A DNA stretch of 64,000 nucleotides, taken from Malacoraja senta (Eukaryota). Every line of letters starts with the position of its first letter. Within the stretch, counting starts at the first letter, position 1. The notes beneath the pieces were generated by a model. That model was given only the letters and a program-made list of their open reading frames with translations, searched no databases and had not been told where the DNA came from. Below are positions 1 through 11,002 of the stretch, in pieces. The stretch lies in the NCBI GenBank assembly GCA_038087875.1, contig JAXLNO010000126.1, positions 1-64,000 on the forward strand. Reading direction: 5' to 3'. A program made the translations under genes and the position numbers.

Positions 1-94
1 TATATATGTATACACATACATAACCATTGGTGCTGGGAGACCTTTGTCGTCACCAGATGACCCTAAAAGCAAAGATATACCTTCTGCAGACAGA

Positions 95-1185
95 CACATA
101 TTGCTGGAGTAACTCAGCGGAACTGGCAGCATCTCTGCAGAAAAGGAATGGCGGACGTTTCGGATTGAGACCCTTAATCGGGTCTGAAGTAGGGTCTCAA
201 CACGAAACATCACCCATTCCTTCTTTGCCGAGAAGCGAGTAGAAAGGAAAAAGCAAGAGGAGGAGCCCAAGGGCTGAGGGAGAGCTGAGAAGGGGAGGAG
301 ACAGCAAGGGCTACCGGAAATTGGAGACTTCAATGTTTATGCCGCTCGGGTACAGACTGCCCAAGCGGAATATGAGGTCAATATCAGCACCTCATATTCC
401 GCTTGGGCAGTTTGCACCCTAGTGGCATAAACATTGTATTCTCCAATTTCCGGTAGCCCTTGCTGTCTCCTCCCCTTCTCAGCTCTCCCTCAGCCCTCGG
501 GCTCCTCCTCTTCCTTTTCCTTTCTTCTCCCCACCCCCCCATCCTACATCAGTCTGAAGAAGGGTTTTGGCCCGAAACATTGCCTATGTCCTTCGCTCCA
601 TTGATGCTGCTGCACCCGCTGAGTTTCTCCAGCACTTTTGTCTACCTATGATAGATGCTCTATCACCTTCAAAGCCCCATCTATGTCCAGCCTACCGAGA
701 CCTTCCTGATCAAACACTGTAACTCCCCCTCCCATTCCCACACTGACCTTTCTGTCCTGGGCCTCTTCCACTGTCGGAGTGAGGCCCAGCACGAATTAGA
801 GGAACACCACCTCATATTTCGCTTGGGCAGCTTACACCCCAGCGGTATGAACATTGACTTCTCTAACTGCAGATAGCCCTCACTTTCTCTCTCTCCATCC
901 CCTTCCCCTTCCCAGTTCTCCCACCAGTCTGACTGTCCCCGATTACATTTTATGTTTGTTTTGTTGTTACCTTCTCCTAACCAACAGTGATCTATTCTAC
1001 ATTTTCCTTGATCTCTACCCCCCCCCCCCTTTGATGTCTCGTTCTCACACCTTCCGCTTCCTGGTCTTCGTATCCCCCTCCCCTGACCCTCAGACTGAAG
1101 AAGGGTATCATCCTAAAATGTCCCCCATTCATTCTCTCGAGATGCTGCCTGTCTCGCTGAATTACTCCAACAGTTTGTGTCTATC
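95..1185. mobile_element. Cluster of Penelope-like element (PLE) 3' end and pseudo-LTR fragments in both orientations
   Basis: ORF 655-876 encodes the GIY-YIG C-terminus (HCNSPSHSHTDLSVLGL...LEEHHLIFRLGSLHPSGMNIDFS), matching the PLEs at 29662 and 46883. 244-377 and 388-520 form an inverted pair. Hammerhead-like CTGAAGA...GAAA motifs at ~184, 554 and 1095. Confidence 0.85.
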
Positions 1186-1915
1186 TAACTATATTTACAG
1201 TCCGGGTATATTTATATATATTTATTTACTATAAACTATATTTACTATCTATATTACTAACACTAAGATCTTGACCGCTTTCGACTTTCTGTTTGGTGAT
1301 TTCCGAGAGAACGCCGCCACACATTTTTGGCCACCTCGCTCAGAGTCCCCCTCCGCCGGAATGGACCAGAGGATTTTTCCCATCGATGAAAAATCAGAGA
1401 TTTATTAATGTTTTAAGAAATTTCGACATTCTCTCTGCTGCCCCTGCTGGCGGCAGGGGGAAGGGACTATAAAACCTGGAAGTGTCGTGCTTCACTCAGT
1501 CTCTGCGAGACGGAGGAAGCGAGAGGGTCACGGCTCTCTGAGCTGCGAATAACACTGAACACACGTCTACTCCACGATGATTCCCCTCGATGTGGTTTTC
1601 AGAAAATGTGTTTGTTGCTTGCAAAGTGTTTGCCCAATTGGCTTGGCTTTTAAAGGGCTTTCAGAAAATGTGTTTGTTGGCTTGCAAAGTGTTTGCCCAA
1701 TTGGCTTGGCTTGCAAAGGGCTTTCATAAAATGTGTTTGTTGGCTTGCAAAGTGTTTGCTCTGTCTATGGAGAGTGTGTTTGTTGGGCGTTATTTAAAGC
1801 ACGTTTTTGCTTCAGCAGGAGCCTCGACAGGAGGCTTTAAACGTTTGAATCATCTGGTTTACACACTGTATGTTCACCATGTTCTGAAGTTACTTGGCAT
1901 TTTAGTATTGGTTGC

Positions 1916-1916
<1 letters not shown>

Positions 1917-1968
<52 letters not shown>

Positions 1969-2047
1969 TGTGTGAATCTGTGTGTGTGTGAGTCTGTGTG
2001 TGTGTGTGAGTGAGTCTGTGTGTGAGTGAGTCTGTGTGTGAGTGTGT
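1917..2047. repeat. (TG)n microsatellite with GAGTCT variants
   Basis: Directly visible. Confidence 0.95.
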
Positions 2048-2609
2048 CCTTTGGTATATAAAAAGGTTCAGAAGTGATAAATCTGGCTGTAAAATTTATA
2101 AATCGCCCATGGTTCTGGTGGGTTTTTACATGCGAAAAGAAAAAGCTTCTGAAGCTAAATTGATCATTAAAAAATCTCTAGATTAATAATAATAATAATA
2201 ATAATACATTTTATTTATATGGCGCTTTTCAGGACTCAAAGTCGCTTTACATTGAGAGTCAAGAATAAACAAAACAAAATAGAGCAGTAAGACAGAGATG
2301 CAAAGGGGAGGGGAACATGGGACTAAGGGTATGCAGAGGTGAAGAGATGGGTCTTGAGGCGGGACTGGAAGATTTACGAGTGGTGTGTGGAAAAGTAAGT
2401 TTTCTATCATTATGGTATTGAGATGTATATTTTGGCATATAATAAAATATCCTGACGGGCTTAAACACCCACTCCCTTTCAATAGGATATTGTTAATTTG
2501 CTGAGGTTGATTATGTCCAATTAACAGCTAACAATTATGCCATTGCTTGGCTTGCATCTGAGTAAAATGTAATTCAAAACCCACGTACAATTTGCGATTT
2601 TTTTAAGGA

Positions 2610-2830
2610 TACTGCCAGCCCATCAGCTGTGAGTGACAACTGCCAGCCCACCAGCCGTGAGTGAGTGCACTGCCAGCCCACCAGCCGTGAGTAAGTGAAC
2701 TGCCAGCCCACCAGCTGTAAATGACTGAACTGCCAGCCCACCAGACGTGAGTGACTGCACTGCCAGCCCACCAGCTGTGAGTAAGTGAACTGCCAGCCCA
2801 CGAGCCGTAAATGACTGAAGTGCCAGCCCA
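2610..2830. repeat. 30-bp minisatellite (ACTGCCAGCCCACCAGCTGTGAGTGACTGA-like, ~7 copies)
   Basis: TGCCAGCCCA recurs every 30 bp from 2641 to 2821. Confidence 0.9.
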
Positions 2831-3504
2831 ATAATCCATTCAGTCCATCCTCTCCCCCTTCTCTCCCACAGAGTCTGTCACCTGTTTTGGGCATAATTTC
2901 TCGGCTGCCAGCCTGCCAGGTCTGAGTGACTGTACTGCCAGGCCTCAGTGACTGAGCTGCCAGCCAAAGTATCCATTCGGCCCACAATGTCCATACTAGC
3001 CCTCTGGAAAACAGTCCATTCGGCTCACAACACCCATACTAGTGCAACAGAAAGCCCCCCCCCCCACTGGCCAGCAATATTGGAATTGGTGGAGAGGTGG
3101 AATATTGCGTTGGGTGACCAGCCCTCCCATGTGATACTGGAACGCAACGGGTCCCAATTAGTCTAGTGTAAACTATATTTACATATCTGTGTGCAGTTGC
3201 AAGTAAATAATTTCATTGATCAATTTTGGGACATATGAAAATCTATCTCTCTTTTCTTCTGGCTGATGTCAGCCCCCCCCAAAATGTCTGTCCTTCCCCT
3301 TAACAGATGCAGCATGTCCCGCTGAGTTACTCCAGCACTTTGTGTCTATCCTCGGTGAAAACCAGCTTCTGCAGTTCCTTCCTACACAAAACATTCTCCC
3401 TGTCCCGAGCCTCTCACACCCCTTAGAATCACGAATGATCTTGGTAAAAGAGAAATAACTGTTTTTGGTAACGGAAGGGTTGACACCCAGGACATATAAA
3501 TCGC

Positions 3505-4420
3505 ATATAACCATATAACCATAACAGCACGGAAACAGGCCATCTCGGCCCTTCAAGTCCGTGCCGAAATTTTTTTTAAATTTTTTTTTTTAATATTAAA
3601 TTAAAAATAAATACTTCCCCCTAGTCCCATCTACCTGCACTCAGACCATAACCCTCCATTCCTTTCCCGTCCATATACCCATCCAATCTATTTTTAAAGG
3701 ATAACATCGAACCTGCCTCCACCACTTCCACTGGAAGCTCATTCCACACAGCTACCACTCTCTGAGTAAAGAAGTTCCCCCTAATGTTCCCCCTAAACTT
3801 CTGTCCCTTAATTCTCAAGTCATGTCCCCTTGTTTGAATCTTCCCTACTCTCAATGGGAAAAGCTTATCCACGTCCACTCTGTCTAACCCGCTCATAATT
3901 TAAAGAACTCTATCAAGTCCCCTCTTAACCTTCTGCGCTCCAAAGAATAAAGACCTAACTTGTTCAACCTTTCTCTGTAACTTAGTTGCTGAAACCCAGG
4001 CAACATTCTAGTAAATCTCCTCTGTACTCCCTCTATTTTGTTGACATCCTTCCTATAATTAGGCGACCAAAATTGTACTCCATACTCCAGAATTGGCGTC
4101 ACCAATGCCTTGTACAATTTTAACATTACATCCCAACTTCTATATTCAATGCTCTGATTTATAAAGGCCAGCACCACCAAAAGCTTTCTTTACCACCCTA
4201 TCTACATGAGATTCCACCTTCAGGGAACTATGCACAGTTATTCCAAGATCCCTGTGTTCAACTGCATTCCTCAATTCGCTACCATTTACCGTGTACGTCC
4301 TATTTTGATTTGTCCTGCCGAGATGTAGCACCTCACATTTGTCAGCGTTAAACTCCATCTGCCATCTTTCAGCCCACTCTTCCAAATGGCCTAAATCTCC
4401 CTGTAGACTTTGAAAATCTA
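3505..4420 (-). mobile_element. 5'-truncated CR1 LINE (RT C-terminus and 3' UTR)
   Basis: ORFs carry WQMEFNADKCEVLHLG, LEYGVQFWSPNYRKD and ERRRLRGDLIE. Short-repeat tail (cataaccatataacc). Confidence 0.9.
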
Positions 4421-4708
4421 CATGTCAACATAAAGAAATGTTTTGGACTGTGGTTGGGAAAGTGCTGCTTGAAAAGATGGCGTAAGGAGTCAAGAGTGTT
4501 TTAATGTCATGTGTCCCAGATGGAACAATGATATTCTTACTAGCAGCAGCACAACAGAATATGTAATCACAGTACACTGTAAATAAAACAACAAACGAGA
4601 GAGAGAAAAAGTTCAGTGTGTGTGTGTGTCTATATACACATACTCACAAATACACATCAATACAAATCAAAAATAACTTTCCAAAGCTCACTGAATAAGT
4701 AATGAATG

Positions 4709-4930
4709 AGCCCGCCCCGCTATTACTCCAGCACTTTGTGTCCTGGAGTTTCCCCCCTGCACGTGATCCTGCCCCACCCCGCCCCGCTGTTACTTTGTGT
4801 CCTGGAGATTCCCCCCTGCACGTGATCCCGCCCCGCCCCAGCCCGCTGGCGATCGGCAGTCACGTGATGGGGGCTGCGCGACGCCGCTGCTGCAGCAGCC
4901 AATGGGCGTGGTGCGGGCGGGAATTCAAAA
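4709..4930 (+). promoter_or_regulatory. CpG-rich cell-cycle-type promoter upstream of the NUSAP1 fragment
   Basis: GC boxes, three CACGTG E-boxes, CCAAT at 4899, and an E2F-like GCGGGAA adjacent to a CHR-like TTCAAA (TTTGAA on the - strand). This arrangement is typical of G2/M gene promoters. Confidence 0.55.
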
Positions 4931-5645
4931 CAAAGATTATACAAATTACAGGAAATCTGAAGAAAGAAACTAGAGAAATATGTCAAGTCACTTCTATTTA
5001 TATAGCACATTTAAAAAACAACTCTCGCACAACGCCACGCGCTAGGCGTACGACATCGAGACGCTGCGTACGACAACGAGACGCTGCGCACGGCCGTCGA
5101 GACGCTGCGTACGCCCTCAATGCGCCTGAGGGCTGACAAGCCGTTGGCGCGCGGGATTTTCGGACATTGCAAGATTTTACAAGCGACCACGTTTGGTCGC
5201 GCTAGACGCATGCAATCGCATGCTGGCGGGACAGGCCCTTAACTTGCCTCTCACACACAGGCACGCACAAACACACATTCATATAAATATATATATATAT
5301 ATATAAGTTAAATTTAATTTTGTGCACAGTGTGTGTTAAAGCAATACAATGGAAGCTGCACAATACAATGCAAGGGAAACTACGCAAAGCTGGCGGCTGG
5401 GGAGGGAAATGATGGAGCAGGGGGAAAACATTTACAATAGAATTAACTGAAATATGTGAGGTGATAGATGCGCTGTATCAAACACTGTTCCCTACAACAC
5501 TGATTACACCAAGGATGATGGAGCGGAGTGCACAGCGGGAGGATTACATACAGGAAGTCGCGTTTTGCATTTAAAAAGTTGCGTACTACACGTCAGTCCA
5601 TTGGATTTCGGAGGAGTGGTCTATCTTGCTCCTCTAGTATCTCTG
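4931..5645 (-). mobile_element. Non-autonomous P-superfamily-like DNA transposon inserted in the promoter
   Basis: Termini CAAAGAT... and ...ATCTCTG. Flanked by ATTCAAAA (4923-4930) and ATTCAAAT (5646-5653). The right end (reverse complement CAGAGATACTAGAGGAGCAAGATAGACCACTC) resembles the THAP element end at 31537. A Harbinger-like end (GGGACAGGCCC) is nested at ~5230. Confidence 0.5.
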
Positions 5646-5740
5646 ATTCAAATGGGCGCGGGGGGGGGGGGCGGTTGTTTGCAAAGATCCTATAAAGATG
5701 GCGGGAGGGCGGGCAGGTGAGAACAGGAGCGCGAGCGGAG

Positions 5741-5827
5741 ATGAGCGGAAAAGTGGAGCTTCAGTGCCTGAGTTACAGCGACCTGCAGCGCCTCGCCAAG
5801 TAGTGCGGGATAAAGGCCAACTTGAAG
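5741..5827 (+). pseudogene. NUSAP1: NUSAP1-like exon 1 (SAP-like N-terminus) with an in-frame stop
   Basis: Translates MSGKVELQCLSYSDLQRLAK*CGIKANLK, then donor AAG|GTGAGC. Resembles the NUSAP1 N-terminus as I recall it (LKYSDLQNLAKSLGLRANLR). TAG at 5801-5803. Confidence 0.8.
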
Positions 5828-6349
5828 GTGAGCCCGGGGGGGGGGGCGCCCAGGTTCACCATTACTTACTGTCATTGCTTGTACCGGGAAGGAACTGCAG
5901 ATAGATGCTGGTTTACACTGAACACATGGACACAAAATCATGCATGTGGGACAGGCAGCATCTCTGGAGAGCAGCAGCAATGGCGGGGCGACGTCTCGGG
6001 TCGACACCCTTCTTCTGTAGAAGTCTGAAGAAGGGTTTCGGCCCGAAACGTTGCATATTTCCTTCACTCCATAGATGCTGCCTCACCTGCTGAGTTTCTC
6101 CAGCACATTTGTCTACCCTTCTTCATGCTTCGGTCCTAGAAGACAGACACAAAATGCTGGAGTAACCAGGGCTCAAAATTAGCGGTTGTCTGGGTGCCAA
6201 TGCCAATGCTACATCCCGCCGGGGCAACCTAAAAGCCATGCCATTTTGCCCGGCTTGGCAAGCACCCGGGACACCGAGCGTCTAATTCTGAGGGGGGCCC
6301 CTATCTATCTTTCTCCCTCTCTCTCAATCTTCGTTTCCGCCCGCCATCC

Positions 6350-9300
6350 GTGTCCGGCTCTCGGGTCCCCACTCGGGTCTCCGCTCGGGTCTCGGCTCTC
6401 GGGTCTCCGCTCGGGTCTCCACTCTCCGCTGGGGTCTCGGCTCTCCACTCGGGTCTCAGCTCTCGGGTCTCCGCTCGGGTCTCCGCTCGGGTCTCCACTC
6501 GGGTCTCCACTCGGGTCTCGGGTCTCGGGTCTCGGTCTCCACTCTCCACTCGGGTCTCGGCTCTCCGCTCGGGTCTCGGGTCTCGGGTCTCGGGTCTCCA
6601 CTCGGGTCTCGGGTCTCCACTCGGGTCTCGGGTCTCCGCTCGGGTCTCCGCTCGGGTCTCCGCTCGGGTCTCCACTCGGGTCTCCGCTCGGGTCTCCACT
6701 CGGGTCTCCACTCGGGTCTCGGGTCTCCACTCGGGTCTCGGGTCTCGGGTCTCCACTCGGGTCTCCGCTCGGCTCTCGGGTCTCGGGTCTGCACTCGGGT
6801 CTCGGGTCTCGACTCGGGTCTCCACTCGGGTCTCGGTCTCCACTCGGGTCTCGGGTCTCGGGTCTCCACTCGGGTCTCGGGTCTCGGGTCTCGGCTCTCC
6901 ACTCGGGTCTCGGGTCTCGGTCTCCGCTCGGCTCTCGGGTCTCGGGTCTCCACTCGGGTCTCGGGTCTCGGGTCTCGGCTCTCCACTCGGGTCTCGGGTC
7001 TCGGGTCTCGACTCGGGTCTCCGCTCGGCTCTCGGGTCTCGGGTCTGCACTCGGGTCTCGGGTCTCCACTCGGGTCTCGGGTCTCGGGTCTCCACTCGGG
7101 TCTCCACTCGGGTCTCGGGTCTCGGGTCTCCACTCGGGTCTCGGGTCTCCACTCGGGTCTCGGTCTCCACTCGGGTCTCGGGTCTCCACTCGGGTCTCGG
7201 GTCTCGGGTCTCGGCTCTCCACTCGGGTCTCAGGTCTCGGGTCTCCACTCGGCTCTCCACTCGGGTCTCAGGTCTCGGGTCTCCACTCGGCTCTCCACTC
7301 GGGTCTCAGGTCTCGGGTCTCCACTCGGCTCTCCGCTCGGCTCTCGGGTCTCGGGTCTCCACTCGGGTCTCAGGTCTCGGGTCTCCACTCGGGTCTCCGC
7401 TCGGGTCTCGGGTCTCGGGTCTCCACTCGGGTCTCGGGTCTCGGTCTCCGCTCGGCTCTCGGGTCTCGGGTCTCCACTCGGGTCTCGGGTCTCGGCTCTC
7501 GGCTCTCGGGTCTCGGGTCTCGGGTCTCGGCTCTCCACTCGGGTCTCGGGTCTCCACTCGGGTCTCCGCTCGGCTCTCGGGTCTGCACTCGGGTCTCGGG
7601 TCTGCACTCGGGTCTCGGGTCTCCACTCGGGTCTCCACTCGGGTCTCGGGTCTCGGGTCTCCACTCGGGTCTCGGGTCTCCACTCGGGTCTCGGGTCTCG
7701 GGTCTCCACTCGGGTCTCCACTCGGGTCTCGGGTCTCGGGTCTCCACTCGGGTCTCGGTCTCCACTCGGGTCTCGGGTCTCGGGTCTCGGCTCTCCACTC
7801 GGGTCTCGGGTCCACTCGGGTCTCGGGTCTCCACTCGGGTCTCCGCTCGGCTCTCGGGTCTCGGGTCTGCACTCAGGTCTCGGGTCTCCGCTCGGCTCTC
7901 GGGTCTCGGGTCTCCACTCGGGTCTCGGGTCTCGGGTCTCGGCTCTCCACTCGGGTCTCCACTCGGGTCTCCGCTCGGCTCTCGGGTCTCGGGTCTGCAC
8001 TCGGGTCTCGGGTCTCCACTCGGGTCTCGGGTCTCCACTCGGGTCTCGGGTCTCGGTCTCCGCTCGGCTCTCGGGTCTCGGGTCTCCACTCGGGTCTCGG
8101 GTCTCGGCTCTCCGGTCTCGGGTCTCGGGTCTCGGCTCTCCACTCGGGTCTCGGGTCTTGGGTCTCCACTCGAGTCTCCGCTCGGCTCTCGGGTCTCGGG
8201 TCTGCACTCGGGTCTCGGGTCTCCACTCGGGTCTCGGGTCTCCACTCGGCTCTCCACTCGGGTCTCCACTCGGGTCTCGGGTCTCCACTCGGGTCTCGGG
8301 TCTCCACTCGGGTCTCGGTCTCCACTCGGGTCTCGGGTCTCCACTCGGGTCTCCACTCGGGTCTCGGGTCTCCACTCGGGTCTCGGTCTCCACTCGGGTC
8401 TCGGGTCTCGGGTCTCCACTCTGGTCTCGGGTCTCCACTCGGGTCTCCACTCGGGTCTCGGGTCTCGGGTCTCCACTCGGGTCTCGGGTCTCCACTCGGG
8501 TCTCCACTCGGGTCTCGGGTCTTCACTCGGGTCTCCACTCGGGTCTCGGGTCTCCACTCGGGTCTCCACTCGGGTCTCGGGTCTCCACTCGGGTCTCGGG
8601 TCTCCACTCGGGTCTCGGTCTCCACTCGGGTCTCGGGTCTCGGGTCTCGGGTCTCCACTCGGATCTCGGTCTCCACTCGGGTCTCGGGTCTCGGGTCTCC
8701 ACTCGGGTCTCGGGTCTCGGGTCTCCACTCGGGTCTCGGGTCTCCACTCGGGTCTCGGGTCTCGGGTCTCCACTCGGGTCTCGGGTCTCGGGTCTCCACT
8801 CTGGTCTCGGGTCTCCACTCGGGTCTCAGGTCTCCACTCGGGTCTCAGGTCTCCACTCGGGTCTCCACTCGGGTCTCGGGTCTCGGGTCTGCACTCGGGT
8901 CTCGGGTCTCCACTCGGGTCTCGGGTCTGCACTCGGGTCTCGGGTCTCCACTCGGGTCTCGGGTCTCCACTCGGGTCTCGGGTCTCCACTCGGGTCTCGG
9001 GTCTCCACTCGGGTCTCGGGTCTCCACTCGGGTCTCGGGTCTCGGGTCTCCACTCGGGTCTCGGGTCTCCACTCGGGTCTCCACTCGGGTCTCGGGTCTC
9101 CACTCGGGTCTCGGGTCTCCACTCGGGTCTCGGGTCTCCACTCGGGTCTCGGGTCTCCACTCGGGTCTCGGGTCTCGGGTCTCGGGTCTGCACTCGGGTC
9201 TCGGGTCTCCACTCGGGTCTCGGGTCTCGGGTCTCCACTCGGGTCTCGGGTCTCGGCTCTCCACTCGGGTCTCCACTCGGGTCTCGGGTCTCCACTCGGG

Positions 9301-9405
9301 TCTCGGGTCTCCACTCGGGTCTCGGGTCTCGGGTCTCCACTCGGGTCTCGGGTCTCCACTCGGGTCTCGGGTCTCCACTCGGGTCTCGGGTCTAGGTCTC
9401 CGCTC
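6350..9405. repeat. ~3 kb CpG-rich satellite of CTCGGGT (7 bp) and CTCCACTCGGGT (12 bp) units, in NUSAP1 intron 1
   Basis: Directly visible. It explains the long low-complexity ORFs in all frames. Confidence 0.97.
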
Positions 9406-10168
9406 GGCACGGCCGGCCGCCTTACACATGCGCACTGCCACGGCCTGCACATCCCCCACCTGCACATGCGCACAACCTCGGCCAGCTCATCACCGGCCGC
9501 GGTTGTGCGCATGAGCGGCCCTGCACATGCGCGCTGCCACGGCAACTGGTCGGCGGCGGCCACTTTCTCCCTCCCTTTGCATTGTGGGAGATCTGGCCGC
9601 CATCGCTGCCTCACCGCGACCGTTGAAAACCATCGCAGAATCACTCCCTGGAGCTGGAGTAACTCCCTGGAGTAACTCTTGCTTCTTGGTTTCCTGGTCC
9701 TCCAAAAATATTCGAAATGGAATTTAAACTGGTGGACCCACCACCACCAAACTCCAAACTCTGAAAAATAACAGCCTATTGCATTTTATCTGTTTATTTA
9801 TTGTGTATATATATGGTCTATAGTATATTGACACTGAACTTTTATCTCTTGTTCTGTATAACTCAGCAGGACAGGCAGCATCCCTGGAGAGACATAAATG
9901 GAGCAACTTTCAGTTGAGACCTTTCAGTCGAGATCTTAATCAGTCTGAAGAAGGATCTCGACCCGTAATGTCACCCATTCCTTCGCACCAGAGATGCTGT
10001 CTGTCCCGCTGAGTTACTCCAGCATTTTTGTGTCTATCTTCGGTTTAAACCAGCATCTGTAGTACCATCCTACACAGTGCGGAATTACTGTTGTTTGAAT
10101 GTTGCGGGCTACCGTGGGTTGTGCTGAATCTTCCACTAATCTTTTGCATCTCTTTTTTTTAAACACAG

Positions 10169-10237
10169 GCGGATAAGATATGTAAGCTCTTGCTTGAACA
10201 TTACATAAAGCATCCGAAAGACATCGCTGATGTGCAG
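10169..10237 (+). pseudogene. NUSAP1: NUSAP1-like exon 2
   Basis: Polypyrimidine tract and CAG acceptor; 69 nt, phase 0-0; encodes ADKICKLLLEHYIKHPKDIADVQ; donor CAG|GTAGTA. Resembles NUSAP1 ATKLLKALKGYIKH. No later exons found. Confidence 0.8.
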
Positions 10238-10496
10238 GTAGTAACTTGGGATATGATAAAGCAAAACGTGTTTTGGTTAATTATAAACAAACATGCTCTT
10301 AAAATTGCAAAGTGATCCGAAACGTTATACGGTGTACGCCAGGAATGGAACAAGAAAATGGGCCCTCAAAGCTGCAACAAATTAAAAAAAATAATTGTCC
10401 CATCCTTGGTGCATTTGACAATTAAACACTAAGTTTGTTAAACACAATGTTGTTTTCATTAACTTCCTTAAATTCGTAATAATTTGGAAGCCTGAT

Positions 10497-10678
10497 TTAG
10501 TATAAGTAGTCACTCTGCCGATATTCTAATCTGTTGCTGGGGCCGATGTCAAATGATCTTTCATAAGGGTATACACTCGGAAAATGTCTAACCCCTATAG
10601 TGTCCTTAGCTGCATTCTTCAAATCTACGTAGTCCAGCTGGCTGGACATATTGTAGATGTTGTAGACATCTTCAACGT
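10497..10678 (-). CDS. Terminal cytoplasmic exon of the IgSF receptor, tyrosine-rich with an ITIM
   Basis: Acceptor TAATACAG|AC, phase 1. Encodes (D)VEDVYNIYNMSSQLDYVDLKNAAKDTIGVRHFPSVYPYERSFDIGPSNRLEYRQSDYLY*. LDYVDL fits the ITIM consensus. Confidence 0.6.
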
Positions 10679-11002
10679 CTGTATTAAGGTTCAGACTTGC
10701 TTTCAATAATACCATTGTCCAAGAAGGGTGCAGTGACATTCCTCAACTACTACATGGTGAAAAAGTGCTTTGAGAGGTTAATTAAGGTGCAACTCCTGCC
10801 TTAGAAAGGACCTGGGCCCACTGGAATTCACCTATTCCTACAATGCAATCTTGTTGGCTCTCCGCTCTGTACTGGACCACTTGGAGAATAAGAACATGGT
10901 CAGGTTATTCATCAAGTGTATCATCCCCTCGAAATTTATTGAACTTGAAGAACGGAGTCTCTCCTCATTCCTTGTTGTATCGACTTCCTCCAATCCACAG
11001 GA

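Larger units (their letters stand above)
1248..3166 (+). mobile_element. Non-autonomous Helitron-like element
   Basis: Starts TC after A (1247) and ends CTAG (3163-3166) before T. Degenerate GC hairpin (tggaacgcaacgggtccca) lies just upstream of the end. No TSD seen. Internal ~55-bp and 30-bp tandem repeats. Confidence 0.6.

Noticed and set aside
6186..9675. ORFs over 1000 aa (SPLGSRVS/ETRDPRPE repeats)
   Set aside because: The satellite unit lacks stop codons, so it is open in many frames on both strands. There is no sign of real coding.
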